Positions 51,232 through 61,044 of a stretch of DNA of 64,000 nt are shown here, piece after piece. The notes beneath the pieces are model-generated. The model ran no database searches, was not told the DNA's origin, and was given only the letters and a program-made list of their open reading frames with translations. This DNA comes from Candidatus Omnitrophota bacterium. GTDB taxonomy: Bacteria; Omnitrophota; Gorgyraeia; Zapsychrales; Zapsychraceae. The position numbers and the translations under genes are program-made. Each line of letters opens with the position of its first letter. Position 1 is the stretch's first letter. The stretch covers positions 77,430-141,429 of the forward strand of contig JAJDCB010000012.1 in assembly GCA_029261065.1 (NCBI GenBank), written 5' to 3'.

Positions 51232-52467
51232 TCATTTATTTAAAAATTTTAAAAAGGTATTCTCTAGTCGATCACAACATTTCTCCCAACTCCAACTCGC
51301 TTCTACTTCTTTTCTGGCATTTTCTCCCATAGATTGAGCCAATGATTCATCCCTTAGTACTCTTTCAATTGCTCGCGCACATTGATCAACATCTCTGTTA
51401 ACTAAAATTCCTGTTTTACCATCCTTAACCGTCTCAAGCAAGCCTCCCTCTTTGATGGCAACAACGGGTGTTTTACATGCCATCGCCTCAAGGGTGACTA
51501 AACCCAACGGCTCCATGACGGGAACAAATACGAATATTTTAGTTTTGTGATAAATAGTTAAAAGTTCTTGGTCCGTGATATCGCGTTTTAACTCCAATGG
51601 AACATCCAGTTCTTTAGCTAAATTTAGTAAATATCCTGGATATTCTGGGTCTCCCCATTGTCCAATCACAACGAGCCTAGGTTGAATATCTTTATTGATT
51701 TTTGATAAAGCTTCAACCACAAAATGATGCATCTTGCTTTTGGCAAGACCGCCAACAGATAGGACATAATTTTCTCGCACTTCATTTTTTGGCGAAAAAA
51801 AATGAATATCAACGCCCGGTTGGCACACCTCTGCAGATATCCCATAAGCATTAAAAATGGCTTTTTTTGTAAATTGTGAGTTTGTTAGAACAGAATGTGC
51901 AGCATGAATATTTGTCGCATCAGCATTTTTAAACAGTTGGGCTTGTAAATCTAGAAGTTTATTTTCGAGTAAGGTTTTAAATTTTTTAAAAACATTTTTT
52001 CCTTCATAGATAATAGGATCGTAGTAATTTTTAACAGTTGAATCATAAAAAGCTCGTAATGGCTCATGTGCGTAATAGATTGTTGGCGTTTTTAAATGTC
52101 GAAGTAGAAAAGGAGCTTGGGTGAATTGACAATTGTGGGAGAAGACTAAGTCATAACCTCTTTGATCAATATCTTCTGCCATTTTTTTATAACAAAGATT
52201 CATCTCTTGATAGTATTTTTCTCTGAGAAAATAAACGTATATGAGTTTTAAAAAATAAGGTTTGATAGTTTTACATGTCATTTTAAACTCTTTATCACAA
52301 ATGTATGTATTATCGGCAACAAGTTCAGGCGAGAATAGGCCTCCGGAATTTTTCTTGAAGGTATAATAATCTAAGCTATGGCCTTTTTCTTTTAAACCTT
52401 TTGCAAAATGATATAGGGCTCTACGTGCACCAGAGGCTGGTAAATTTTGAAAACAAGCGATCTTCAT
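51232..52467 (-). CDS. Glycosyltransferase family 4
   Basis: EPLGLVTLEAMAC.TPVV. Confidence 0.9.
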   Translation of the reverse strand: MKIACFQNLPASGARRALYHFAKGLKEKGHSLDYYTFKKNSGGLFSPELVADNTYICDKEFKMTCKTIKPYFLKLIYVYFLREKYYQEMNLCYKKMAEDIDQRGYDLVFSHNCQFTQAPFLLRHLKTPTIYYAHEPLRAFYDSTVKNYYDPIIYEGKNVFKKFKTLLENKLLDLQAQLFKNADATNIHAAHSVLTNSQFTKKAIFNAYGISAEVCQPGVDIHFFSPKNEVRENYVLSVGGLAKSKMHHFVVEALSKINKDIQPRLVVIGQWGDPEYPGYLLNLAKELDVPLELKRDITDQELLTIYHKTKIFVFVPVMEPLGLVTLEAMACKTPVVAIKEGGLLETVKDGKTGILVNRDVDQCARAIERVLRDESLAQSMGENARKEVEASWSWEKCCDRLENTFLKFLNK

Positions 52468-53255
52468 TCAATGCCTTTTTTTAATTTAAGATAAAGAGAT
52501 TTCCAGTCGACAAAATGAGGCATTTCAGGAAAGGGGCTAAAGTGTGCCGCTAAAGAAGGTATGGGAGATAAACATATTTCTTTTTGATAAATCTTATTAA
52601 TGGTCTCATCTTCATGTCCACCAGACACTTTTTTGTTAGATTGTGCAAAAGCCATGTATAATTTCCAATATTTTTTTAATACTCTCTGACTGATCATAAA
52701 TGTTCCTGTGGTGTGCTTAATTGTCCTCCAATGACGATCTGAGCCTAAATAGATAAGCGAATCGTAGGGTTTGTCTCGAAGATATCGATCAATGTAATCT
52801 GTTGGGTGAATGATGCAGTCTTGATGAAACCCTCGATAAAATGTGAGCATGGATGTTATTGCTTCTGGAGAGTGCAGATAATCATCTTCACAAAAATAAG
52901 TTAATTCAAAATCTTTATCACGAGCCAATTGAAAGCAAGCGTCAAGCGATTCGCCATTGCCTGTATCTTTAAGGGCAATGAATTGATGACGCTTTGAATT
53001 TTTAAGTAACATCCCCTTCATTTTTTCAACGTCGCTTTTCTCAGAATGATCATCTAAGATATGAATCGTGCAATCATCCGTGATCGAGTGCAATAATGAT
53101 TCTAAACAACATAAGACAACCTCTCGTTTTGTAGCATCAAATGGGCGATTGCCCCCTCGTACAGAATGAACAGGAATACAGCATCTAAAAATAATGTTTA
53201 AATGTGTAATATTATTATTTTGATTTTTTTTAGCATCAGTATTAAACATGTCCAC
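52464..53255 (-). CDS. GT-A fold glycosyltransferase-like protein
   Basis: ILDDHS, YFCEDDYLH. Confidence 0.7.
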   Translation of the reverse strand: MDMFNTDAKKNQNNNITHLNIIFRCCIPVHSVRGGNRPFDATKREVVLCCLESLLHSITDDCTIHILDDHSEKSDVEKMKGMLLKNSKRHQFIALKDTGNGESLDACFQLARDKDFELTYFCEDDYLHSPEAITSMLTFYRGFHQDCIIHPTDYIDRYLRDKPYDSLIYLGSDRHWRTIKHTTGTFMISQRVLKKYWKLYMAFAQSNKKVSGGHEDETINKIYQKEICLSPIPSLAAHFSPFPEMPHFVDWKSLYLKLKKGIE

Positions 53256-53330
53256 ATATTATCATAAAATAGCGAATTAACAAAAGGGCTGAATAGTTAT
53301 TTTGTTTACCGATACTTTACGAATTAAAAA

Positions 53331-53359
53331 TTGACTTGGCTATGTGTTATCCTTAGAAT
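53331..53359 (+). promoter_or_regulatory. Probable sigma70 promoter of CDGSH genes
   Basis: TTGACT-17 nt-TAGAAT. Confidence 0.6.
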
Positions 53360-53392
53360 AAAGTTAACATAAGCCATTAAACGGAGGAGTCT

Positions 53393-53629
53393 ATGAGTGA
53401 AGACGCAATACCTAAAAAAGGCCCCTATGTTCAAGAAGTAGAACCAGGCAAATATGCGTGGTGTGCATGTGGAAAATCAGCCAATCAACCCTTATGCGAT
53501 GGTTCTCATCGAGGAACAGATATCTCTCCTGTTGTAACAGAAATTGATGAAAAACAAGTTGTTGCTTGGTGTGGATGCAAAGAAAGTAAGAATAAACCGT
53601 TTTGTGATGGGTCGCATTCGCATATTTAG
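53393..53629 (+). CDS. CDGSH iron-sulfur protein (two CDGSH motifs)
   Basis: WCACGKS..QPLCDGSH and WCGCKES..PFCDGSH; RBS GGAGG. Confidence 0.93.
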   Translation: MSEDAIPKKGPYVQEVEPGKYAWCACGKSANQPLCDGSHRGTDISPVVTEIDEKQVVAWCGCKESKNKPFCDGSHSHI

Positions 53630-53686
53630 TTGTTTAGGGTCATTTGATGTTGATGAGTAGCTTCTTTTCAAGTTGTAGGATATGTT

Positions 53687-53932
53687 ATGAAAAAAAAATT
53701 TCGTTACGCTCAAAATGCCCCCTTCATTCTCGATATGAAACCTGGTCGTTATGCCTGGTGTTCATGTGGAAATTCTCAAAAACAACCCTTTTGTGATGGC
53801 AATCATGAAGAAACAGGAATGTTTCCTATTATTGAAGTGATTGAAGAAGAAAAACAAGTGGCGTGGTGTGGCTGCAAATCTTCTCAAACCCCACCTTTTT
53901 GTGATGGTACACATAAGAAATTTTTGGAATGA
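53687..53932 (+). CDS. CDGSH iron-sulfur protein, tandem paralog
   Basis: WCSCG..PFCDGNH and WCGCK..PFCDGTH. Confidence 0.9.
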   Translation: MKKKFRYAQNAPFILDMKPGRYAWCSCGNSQKQPFCDGNHEETGMFPIIEVIEEEKQVAWCGCKSSQTPPFCDGTHKKFLE

Positions 53933-53985
53933 TTTGAAAGTTTTATTCGAGGAATCGTACGACACTTGTATGAAGCAAGCACACT

Positions 53986-54069
53986 GTCATTCCCGAAAAA
54001 GCGGTAATCTACTGGAGCAGAACTTGTTAAAACACCAAGTTTTGGATCCCGGGTCAAACCCGGGATGAC
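53986..54069. repeat. Inverted pair of REP-like palindromes
   Basis: GTCATTCCCGAAAAAGCGGTAATC ... GGATCCCGGGTCAAACCCGGGATGAC. Confidence 0.8.
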
Positions 54070-54113
54070 AAACTTTACTTTGTTCCCTTAATAGAGAAGA
54101 GCTTCAACCACAA

Positions 54114-54293
54114 TCAACCAAAAAACTTATCCCCCACCGCCCAATTCGAACCAGGAACTTCATCAATAACTAAATAGGTATGATCTTTCGGTTTGTTGGC
54201 AACTGTCTCCAAGGTTGTTGCAAATTGTTTCGCGATTTCTTCTTTTTGTTCTTTGGTGAGCGTTCCTACAAGTTTAAGATTAATGTATGGCAT
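54114..54293 (-). CDS. 4-oxalocrotonate tautomerase family protein
   Basis: MPYINLK (Pro1), EQKEEIA, IDEV...NWAVG. Confidence 0.9.
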   Translation of the reverse strand: MPYINLKLVGTLTKEQKEEIAKQFATTLETVANKPKDHTYLVIDEVPGSNWAVGDKFFG

Positions 54294-54312
54294 GTTGGTG
54301 TTCTCCGTTGTT

Positions 54313-54894
54313 TTATTTTTTTTCGAGTAAATACAACCCCGTATTAGCAAATAAATTAGGGCGAAATTTAATAAGGGTGTTATTAACGATTCCCTGTTCC
54401 TTTAAAATTTTAATGCTGTTACCTTTGCAAAAATATCGGAAATCCTTTAGACTTAAAAAACGTAAATTAGGGGTGTCATACCATTCGTAGGGAAGTTCTT
54501 TTGTTAGCGGCACGCGTCCTCTAAAAAAGATTTGAAAACGAGCTCTCGAGTGACAGAAATTTGGAATCCCAACAATAATCTTTTTTCCTACCCTTAGCGC
54601 TTCTAATATAGCTTTTTGCGGATGCAGGACTTGCTGCAAACTTTCATTTAAAATCACATAATCATATTTTTGCGAAGGATATTCCGAAAGTCCCGTATCA
54701 ATATCACCATGAGACACAGTCACACCTTTGGCCATACATTCATAAATTGCTTTTTCATCAATTTCAACACCGGTCGCTTTACAGGATTTTTGTTGCACGA
54801 GATGAGAAAGCAACTCCCCATTACCACAGCCTAAGTCTAGGACGCGGGAATTGGCCTTAATCCAATCTAAGATAACTTTATGATCTATACGCAT
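54313..54894 (-). CDS. metW: Methionine biosynthesis protein MetW
   Basis: RVLDLGCGNG, PYEWYDTPNLR; downstream of metX. Confidence 0.93.
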   Translation of the reverse strand: MRIDHKVILDWIKANSRVLDLGCGNGELLSHLVQQKSCKATGVEIDEKAIYECMAKGVTVSHGDIDTGLSEYPSQKYDYVILNESLQQVLHPQKAILEALRVGKKIIVGIPNFCHSRARFQIFFRGRVPLTKELPYEWYDTPNLRFLSLKDFRYFCKGNSIKILKEQGIVNNTLIKFRPNLFANTGLYLLEKK

Positions 54895-54896
54895 AT

Positions 54897-56030
54897 TTAT
54901 GGGTTTTCTTTTTCAATTCGATTTAAAAAATGGGAAATAAGTTTAGATTGTTTTTCTACTTCAACTAAAAAAGCATCATGGCCATAAGAGGAATCTATTA
55001 AAATAGCAGAGACATCAAGGTCATTAGCTTTTAGAGCTTTCACCATTTGTTTGGATTGATAAGGTGGATATAGCCAATCTGATGTGTAGGAGATAACAAG
55101 AAAGCTGCATGTCGCTTTTGAGAAGACATCTGTTAATTCTCCATCTTCGGCCAGATCAAAATAATCAAGGGCTTTGGATAAATATAAATAGGAATTGGCA
55201 TCAAAGCGTTGGACAAAACTATCAGATCGATATTTTAAATAACTCTCCACCTCAAAGTCATGAGAAAAATCGTAACCGACCTTTTCTTTTCCAATAAGTT
55301 TGCGACCAAACTTCTCCTCCATCGATGTCTCACTCATATATGTAATATGACCGATCATGCGTGAGACGGCAAGTCCTCTGGCAGGAATAGATTTTTCATA
55401 ATAATCTCCTTTTTGCCAATCAGGGTCAGCCATGATAGCTTGGCGAGCAACTTCATGTAAAGCAATCTGTTGAGCGGTATGTCGCGTATTACACGCAATT
55501 AAAATAGTGGATGCGGTTGTTTCTGGGTACATCACGGCCCATTTTTGTGCCAATAATCCTCCCATCGAACCACCGGCTGAACATAATAATTTTTTTATTC
55601 CCAAATGATCAATCAGTTTTTTTTGCGCAACAACCATGTCTTCAATGGTGACAACGGGAAAACTTAAGCCATAAGCTTTATCGGTTTTTGGGTTAATGGA
55701 AACAGGCCCCGTGCTTCCCTGACAACTTCCAATGACATTGGCACAGATAACAAAATATTTATTGGTATCAAATCCCTTGCCAGGACCAATCATCTTATCC
55801 CACCAGCCAGGTTTTTTATCACCTTCATGAAAACCTGCTGCGTGAGCATCACCGGTTAAGGCATGGTAAATTAAAATGGCATTAGACTTTTCTTGATTTA
55901 ACTCGCCGTAGGTTTCATAGGCCAACGTCACAGGAGCTAATTTGACACCGGATTTAAGGATAAAATCCTGGCCCGTATCTGCAAAAGTAAATGAGTGTGT
56001 TTCAACAATGCCTAAACCATCTAAACTCAT
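54897..56030 (-). CDS. metX: Homoserine O-acyltransferase
   Basis: HALTGD, GGSMGG, RFDANSY, GHDAFL. Confidence 0.95.
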   Translation of the reverse strand: MSLDGLGIVETHSFTFADTGQDFILKSGVKLAPVTLAYETYGELNQEKSNAILIYHALTGDAHAAGFHEGDKKPGWWDKMIGPGKGFDTNKYFVICANVIGSCQGSTGPVSINPKTDKAYGLSFPVVTIEDMVVAQKKLIDHLGIKKLLCSAGGSMGGLLAQKWAVMYPETTASTILIACNTRHTAQQIALHEVARQAIMADPDWQKGDYYEKSIPARGLAVSRMIGHITYMSETSMEEKFGRKLIGKEKVGYDFSHDFEVESYLKYRSDSFVQRFDANSYLYLSKALDYFDLAEDGELTDVFSKATCSFLVISYTSDWLYPPYQSKQMVKALKANDLDVSAILIDSSYGHDAFLVEVEKQSKLISHFLNRIEKENP

Positions 56031-56092
56031 AATAATATTTCGCCCCTGTCCTTACACAGTACAGAGGCGTCCTTGTAGTAACGTATTAAATG

Positions 56093-56455
56093 TTATACCA
56101 TCTCAAGCTTCAATAGCCTTTGATCCAAACGTTTGAATCCGGAGTTTTGATCTTTTCTCAATTCATTGATATGATGCCTATTATCGAAAACCGCAAGCTT
56201 GACAGACTTTAATTCTGATTCGACATTGCTTAACCTATGCTCTACTGTATCAAACCTATGTTCCATTCTGCTAAATCTGTTTTCTAGTCCATCAAATTTA
56301 TTTTCCAAACCGTCAAATCTATGAATAAGCGTCATTTGACCTTCGGCTAGAAGACTAACGCTATGACTAAGATCTTCAAGGAGAACTCTTGTTTCCCTTT
56401 GAGGATCATATTCTAGGTCATTTGTTTTAGATGTAATTTTTTTGGATTTTTTCAT
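56093..56455 (-). CDS. Heptad-repeat coiled-coil hypothetical protein
   Basis: RFDGLEN KFDGLEN RFSRMEH RFDTVEH RLSNVES; RBS GGGGAG. Confidence 0.75.
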   Translation of the reverse strand: MKKSKKITSKTNDLEYDPQRETRVLLEDLSHSVSLLAEGQMTLIHRFDGLENKFDGLENRFSRMEHRFDTVEHRLSNVESELKSVKLAVFDNRHHINELRKDQNSGFKRLDQRLLKLEMV

Positions 56456-56579
56456 TTTTTTTCTCCCCTTTTATTCTAATTTTATTTTTGATTTTGGGGG
56501 AAGCCGAAACGGGTAGTTGGTCGTTAATATATCACAATCCATGGGGCCTGTGAATAAGAAAATGGTGTGAAAGAAGGCT

Positions 56580-57611
56580 TTAGAGCTGCGTGTAGTGAAA
56601 CATCGCTTTAATGGCTTTTTCAGCCTTTAAGCGCATTGTTTCTTCAATATGGACTTGATCACGAGCTGTGGGATTGGTTAAGACGCGGTGAATATCTTCT
56701 AAGGTATTAGATTTCATATAGCGGCACATGGTACAAGAGCCAACTAATTGTTTGTCAGGAAATTCTGCTTGCAAGCGTGACGATAAACCGCATTCGGTAA
56801 GCATGAGAAATTTTTTGGATTCGGTTTCTCTCATGTAACTAAGCATTTGAGTGGTGCTGCCGACAAAATCAGATTGAGCGATGATATCCGGCGTGCATTC
56901 AGGGTGTGAGACGATTTTCGCGTCTGGGTATTCTGTACGCACTTTAAAAATATCTTCTGTTGTGTATTCCTCATGAACATAACATGTTCCTGAGGAATAC
57001 TTAATATCTTTCTTAACACCACGTGCTTTCATCTCATTGACAAGGTTTTGCCCCATGAGTTTGTCAGGCAAAAAGTAGATTTTATCATTAGGAATTTCTT
57101 CGACGACTTTATAGACATTGGCTGATGTGACACAGACATCGGATTCGGCTTTGACTTCAGCTGAGGTATTGATGTAGCAAACAAATGTGTAATCAGGAAA
57201 TTCTTGGCGAAGTTGGCGTACTGTTTTTGCATCTATGGAATCTGCTAACGTGCAACCATCTAATAAAGCTGGAATAAGAACTTCTTTGTTGGGATTTAAA
57301 ATTTTAGCTGTCTCTCCCATAAAACGGACAGCCGCAAAGACAATGGTGTCAGCTTCTGTCTCCATGGCATTTTTACTAAGCGCATAAGAATCACCGACAT
57401 AATCACCAACACCGTATAAGATTTCAGGTGAAACATAGGAGTGGACTAAGATAACCGCATTCTTCGCTTCTTTTAATTCACGAATATCATTGATAAGAGG
57501 AACGAGTTCTTCACATTTTTTAAGCGAATAGTGACAGACGTTTCCGCCCACTTTAATATCTTTTAAAGAGTGATGAAGTTCTTCGGCTGTTATGCGTTGT
57601 GCGGTTATCAT
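56580..57611 (-). CDS. nadA: Quinolinate synthase
   Basis: VRFMGETAKILNP, CTLA, YINTSA, CYVH, HPEC, C.YMK. Confidence 0.96.
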   Translation of the reverse strand: MITAQRITAEELHHSLKDIKVGGNVCHYSLKKCEELVPLINDIRELKEAKNAVILVHSYVSPEILYGVGDYVGDSYALSKNAMETEADTIVFAAVRFMGETAKILNPNKEVLIPALLDGCTLADSIDAKTVRQLRQEFPDYTFVCYINTSAEVKAESDVCVTSANVYKVVEEIPNDKIYFLPDKLMGQNLVNEMKARGVKKDIKYSSGTCYVHEEYTTEDIFKVRTEYPDAKIVSHPECTPDIIAQSDFVGSTTQMLSYMRETESKKFLMLTECGLSSRLQAEFPDKQLVGSCTMCRYMKSNTLEDIHRVLTNPTARDQVHIEETMRLKAEKAIKAMFHYTQL

Positions 57612-57794
57612 AGGATTATGACCTCTTATATAAACTTATCTACCTATAGTATGAATGCTTTATATTAATGTTCAATGGGAAATATTTTGAAGTTTATTGA
57701 TTTTGAGGATTTTTGAATAAACTTGCTTAATTATATCAAATATTATTTTTTGTGCAAATTTTATTTATAAACTTAACGGTTTCACGAATGTGGG

Positions 57795-59120
57795 CTATTT
57801 TAGGACATTTCCTTTAAGACCATGGGGGGATGCTTTGGTGATAGTGGCTTGATGGATCTCTCCCTTGTAATAAGGGCCTTTGGGCACAATAATGATCTTG
57901 TTGTTATCACAGCGAGCTAGATAATGATCCTTGGATTTGTTTGTTTCTTCTTGTTCAATCAAAACGGAATGAGTCTCTCCAATATGGGCTTCATTGCGTT
58001 CTAACGCGATCTGTTTTTGCAGCTCATTAAGTCTAACGATTCTTTCTGTTTTAATCGCCTCAGGCACATCATCTTCGTGTTTGCGTGAGGCAATGGTTTG
58101 TTTGCGTTCAGAGTATTTAAACATAAAGGCTGAATCAAAACGGACTTGTTTCATAACTTTAATTGTGTCATCAAACTCTTTATCGGTTTCGGTTGAAAAT
58201 CCAACGATGATGTCTGTGGATAAGGCGATGTTGGGGATGAGTTTTCGAGTTTTATCAACAAGCTTTAAAAATTCATCTTGTGTGTAGGTGCGATTCATTA
58301 ATTCGAGAATACGATCATTACCCGATTGCAGCGGCAGATGAATTTGTTTACAGACCTTGGGGTTTTGGGCGACCACATTAAGCAATTGATCTGGAAAATC
58401 TTTGGGATGCGGAGATGTAAAACGGATGCGTTCAATGCCGTTGACTTTTGAAACGGCTTCAAGCAGAGAAGCAAAATCATGTCCCCCCTCTTTATAAGAA
58501 TTAACATTTTGACCAAGCAACGTCACCTGCTTAAACCCATCATCCGCTAGGTGCTTAACTTCATCAACCACATTACTCACAGACCGACTTCGCTCCCGCC
58601 CTCTTGTGTAAGGAACAACACAAAACGTACAAAAATTATTACATCCGCGCATAACCGCCAACCAAGCATTCACCCCTTCTTTGCGCATCGGATAAACATC
58701 CGAATATGTCTCAAATTCAGAAAGCGTCACATCAAAATTTTTCTTACCCGTTTGATACGATTCCTGTATCAAGGCCGGCAGCCGCTTGTAACTATCGGGC
58801 CCAGCAATGAAATCAATATCTAAATTCTTATTCTCCAACAATTCTGTCCGCAAATTCGTCGCCATACACCCCAAAATCCCAATCTTAACCGGAGTCCCTT
58901 GCCGTTTATGCTTAATCTCATGCACTCTCCCATAAACCTTCCGATGCGCATGTTCCCGAATCGCACACGTATTTAACATCACCACATCTGCTGAGAGCTC
59001 ATCTTCCACAAAGCGATACTCGGCTTTACGCAGAATGGCCCTGACTAGCTCGGTGTCGTATTCGTTCATTTGGCAGCCGTAGGTTTCTATAAAAATATTT
59101 TTCTTATCTTGTTTTATCAT
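57795..59120 (-). CDS. miaB: tRNA i6A37 methylthiotransferase
   Basis: ETYGCQMN, NTCAIRE, GCNNFCTFCVVPYTRGRERSR, FTSPHP, TRAM-like C-terminus. Confidence 0.96.
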   Translation of the reverse strand: MIKQDKKNIFIETYGCQMNEYDTELVRAILRKAEYRFVEDELSADVVMLNTCAIREHAHRKVYGRVHEIKHKRQGTPVKIGILGCMATNLRTELLENKNLDIDFIAGPDSYKRLPALIQESYQTGKKNFDVTLSEFETYSDVYPMRKEGVNAWLAVMRGCNNFCTFCVVPYTRGRERSRSVSNVVDEVKHLADDGFKQVTLLGQNVNSYKEGGHDFASLLEAVSKVNGIERIRFTSPHPKDFPDQLLNVVAQNPKVCKQIHLPLQSGNDRILELMNRTYTQDEFLKLVDKTRKLIPNIALSTDIIVGFSTETDKEFDDTIKVMKQVRFDSAFMFKYSERKQTIASRKHEDDVPEAIKTERIVRLNELQKQIALERNEAHIGETHSVLIEQEETNKSKDHYLARCDNNKIIIVPKGPYYKGEIHQATITKASPHGLKGNVLK

Positions 59121-59198
59121 AGTGTTTTATAACAATTTCTAAAAGTCGTATATACTGCGTTCATCGTAACCATTGGTGGTAGTAAATAGGACTTCAGT

Positions 59199-60377
59199 TT
59201 AATCAGGTGTTGCTAATGCAATGTTCGAACCCTTAGCATTTAAAGAGATGTCGTAACTAGCGTGTCTCTCACCATTTGCAAACAATACTCCTGATAAATT
59301 ATAGGGTGTTTCATCTTCTAGTAGAGAATATCCACAACTTAATTCCTTTATCTCCCAATCTGTAAGAGATTTTACCTCTCCTTTTTCACTTTTGCCATTT
59401 TGGTTAATATCTTGCCAAATCGCCAAACCATTTAATTCTTGGTCAGTTAATTTTCCATCAGCATTATTGTCTAATGATTGTAGGGCTGTGTAACCATTGT
59501 CCCAAAAGAGCCAAAATGTAACATTTCCAAATAATTGTAGGGCAGAATCTATTTCACCTAACAGCTCTTTGTCAAAAACAAGAAAAGCGAAATTTGGATT
59601 AATCCATTCCCATTCTTTAGGAATGCCGCTTCCATCTAAATCAAATAATACGTATTGGTCGTTATCTTTAATTTGATCGAACTTAAGATTTTTATTTAAA
59701 GGAATGACAATGGGAGTTACTGCTCGAGGGAGTTTATCAAAATGCTGTTTGTATTGCTTTAATTTATTAATTTCAACTTGATCTTTTTCAGGATCTAAAA
59801 GTGGTATTAGGTATTCACTTGCCTCTTCCGTAATCAATGGAGAATAGCCAAATAAACTTTTCTTTTTCTTCTCATTAGGCCATGCCATCTTTATGATTTC
59901 TCTGTACCCAGAAATAGCTTCATCAATTTGCCCACTTTGTTCTAAACACCAAGTTAATCCAATTTTAATTAGTAAGTTAGCAGAATCATTGTTTAAAGCT
60001 TTTTTATGTAATTCAATTGCCTTATTCAAATATGCTTGATAAGTTTCATCTGATTCATCATTTTTCTCTATTTTTTGATTAGCGTATGGAACATTTCTTG
60101 GCTCATAACCAAACCAGGGGCCTAAATTTTCGTGCTCTTTACGAACATTTATTTCAGCTTTGTTAGATGAATATGCCATAGCGAAAGTCCGAGCTAAAGC
60201 AAAAAGTATTTGATTATTAGTTGGATCACTTTCGTATTTGGTTGTAAGATTTTGAATTAATCGTTCTATTGGTATTTTTTCTAAATCAGGGCTTCTATAT
60301 CTTGCGAAGGAAATATTAACTGAAAAAATTATGCATAAGAATGAAAGTAATAAGAAAAGTTTTTTTATGAGTTTCAT
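59199..60377 (-). CDS. Exported TPR protein with C-terminal Ca-binding FrpC SPM-like domain
   Basis: Signal peptide; TPIVIPL..FDLDGSG..QLFGN..NGYTAL..LDNNADG..IWQDINQNG..GEVKSL. Confidence 0.75.
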   Translation of the reverse strand: MKLIKKLFLLLSFLCIIFSVNISFARYRSPDLEKIPIERLIQNLTTKYESDPTNNQILFALARTFAMAYSSNKAEINVRKEHENLGPWFGYEPRNVPYANQKIEKNDESDETYQAYLNKAIELHKKALNNDSANLLIKIGLTWCLEQSGQIDEAISGYREIIKMAWPNEKKKKSLFGYSPLITEEASEYLIPLLDPEKDQVEINKLKQYKQHFDKLPRAVTPIVIPLNKNLKFDQIKDNDQYVLFDLDGSGIPKEWEWINPNFAFLVFDKELLGEIDSALQLFGNVTFWLFWDNGYTALQSLDNNADGKLTDQELNGLAIWQDINQNGKSEKGEVKSLTDWEIKELSCGYSLLEDETPYNLSGVLFANGERHASYDISLNAKGSNIALATPD

Positions 60378-60428
60378 TAGTTAGGATTCTCCGATTGGCA
60401 AAATTTTGTAAAGTATTTAATCATAGCC

Positions 60429-60510
60429 CTGCCCTAGTGCATCCATCGGTCAGCCGTAAGCTTCTATAAATATTTTCTTTTGTAAAGTGTTGTTTATCAT
60501 AGTTTTATAA
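60429..60510 (-). repeat. miaB 5'-end copy joined to tail (att-like junction 3)
   Basis: ATG 60500 reads MINNTLQKKIFIEAYG-TGA versus miaB MIKQDKKNIFIETYG-TGC; similar upstream TTATAAAAC. Confidence 0.8.
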
Positions 60511-60573
60511 ATTATCATATACGTTCAACGGTTAAATTTTTCAGATGAATGAGTATGACATTTAATTTTTTAG

Positions 60574-61044
60574 TTATTTAGTATATCTATTTCGATGGTT
60601 TTCGGGTATCTTTTTAATTATTTGATATTTTTCTTCAAAATTTCCATAAATATCTGCACTGCAATCAAAATTCTTTTGATTATGAGCAATGTACTCAACT
60701 ATTGGCAATACTTCAGACATAATTGGAAAAATATCATCTGGCTTTTTGTTGAGCTTTTCTTCTACTAAGTTAATAAAGCAACTTGCTGCATCAGAGGCGT
60801 CAACAATTCTTTCATTTGGTATATTGATTGATTGAATATAATTCCCAAAGCCAAGCATATAATAACGAAAAGGGACTTTGGACATGAATCTTAATTCACT
60901 CGCTCGTTCAATTACACATCGGTCGAAATGTTCTCGCATCTCGTCATTTGTTTTTCCAATAAATAGATCATGGGCATAAGACGCGTCTATGCACCCTTTA
61001 TAGTTTTCCCAATCACTTTCTGATGGTACTGGTAGTTTTGTCAT
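60574..61044 (-). CDS. Hypothetical protein (cassette cargo)
   Basis: 156-aa ORF, start overlaps upstream stop (ATGA). Confidence 0.7.
   Translation of the reverse strand: MTKLPVPSESDWENYKGCIDASYAHDLFIGKTNDEMREHFDRCVIERASELRFMSKVPFRYYMLGFGNYIQSINIPNERIVDASDAASCFINLVEEKLNKKPDDIFPIMSEVLPIVEYIAHNQKNFDCSADIYGNFEEKYQIIKKIPENHRNRYTK

Noticed and set aside
56031-56580. SAM riboswitch upstream of metX
   Set aside because: No SAM-I consensus elements recognisable; only a small hairpin
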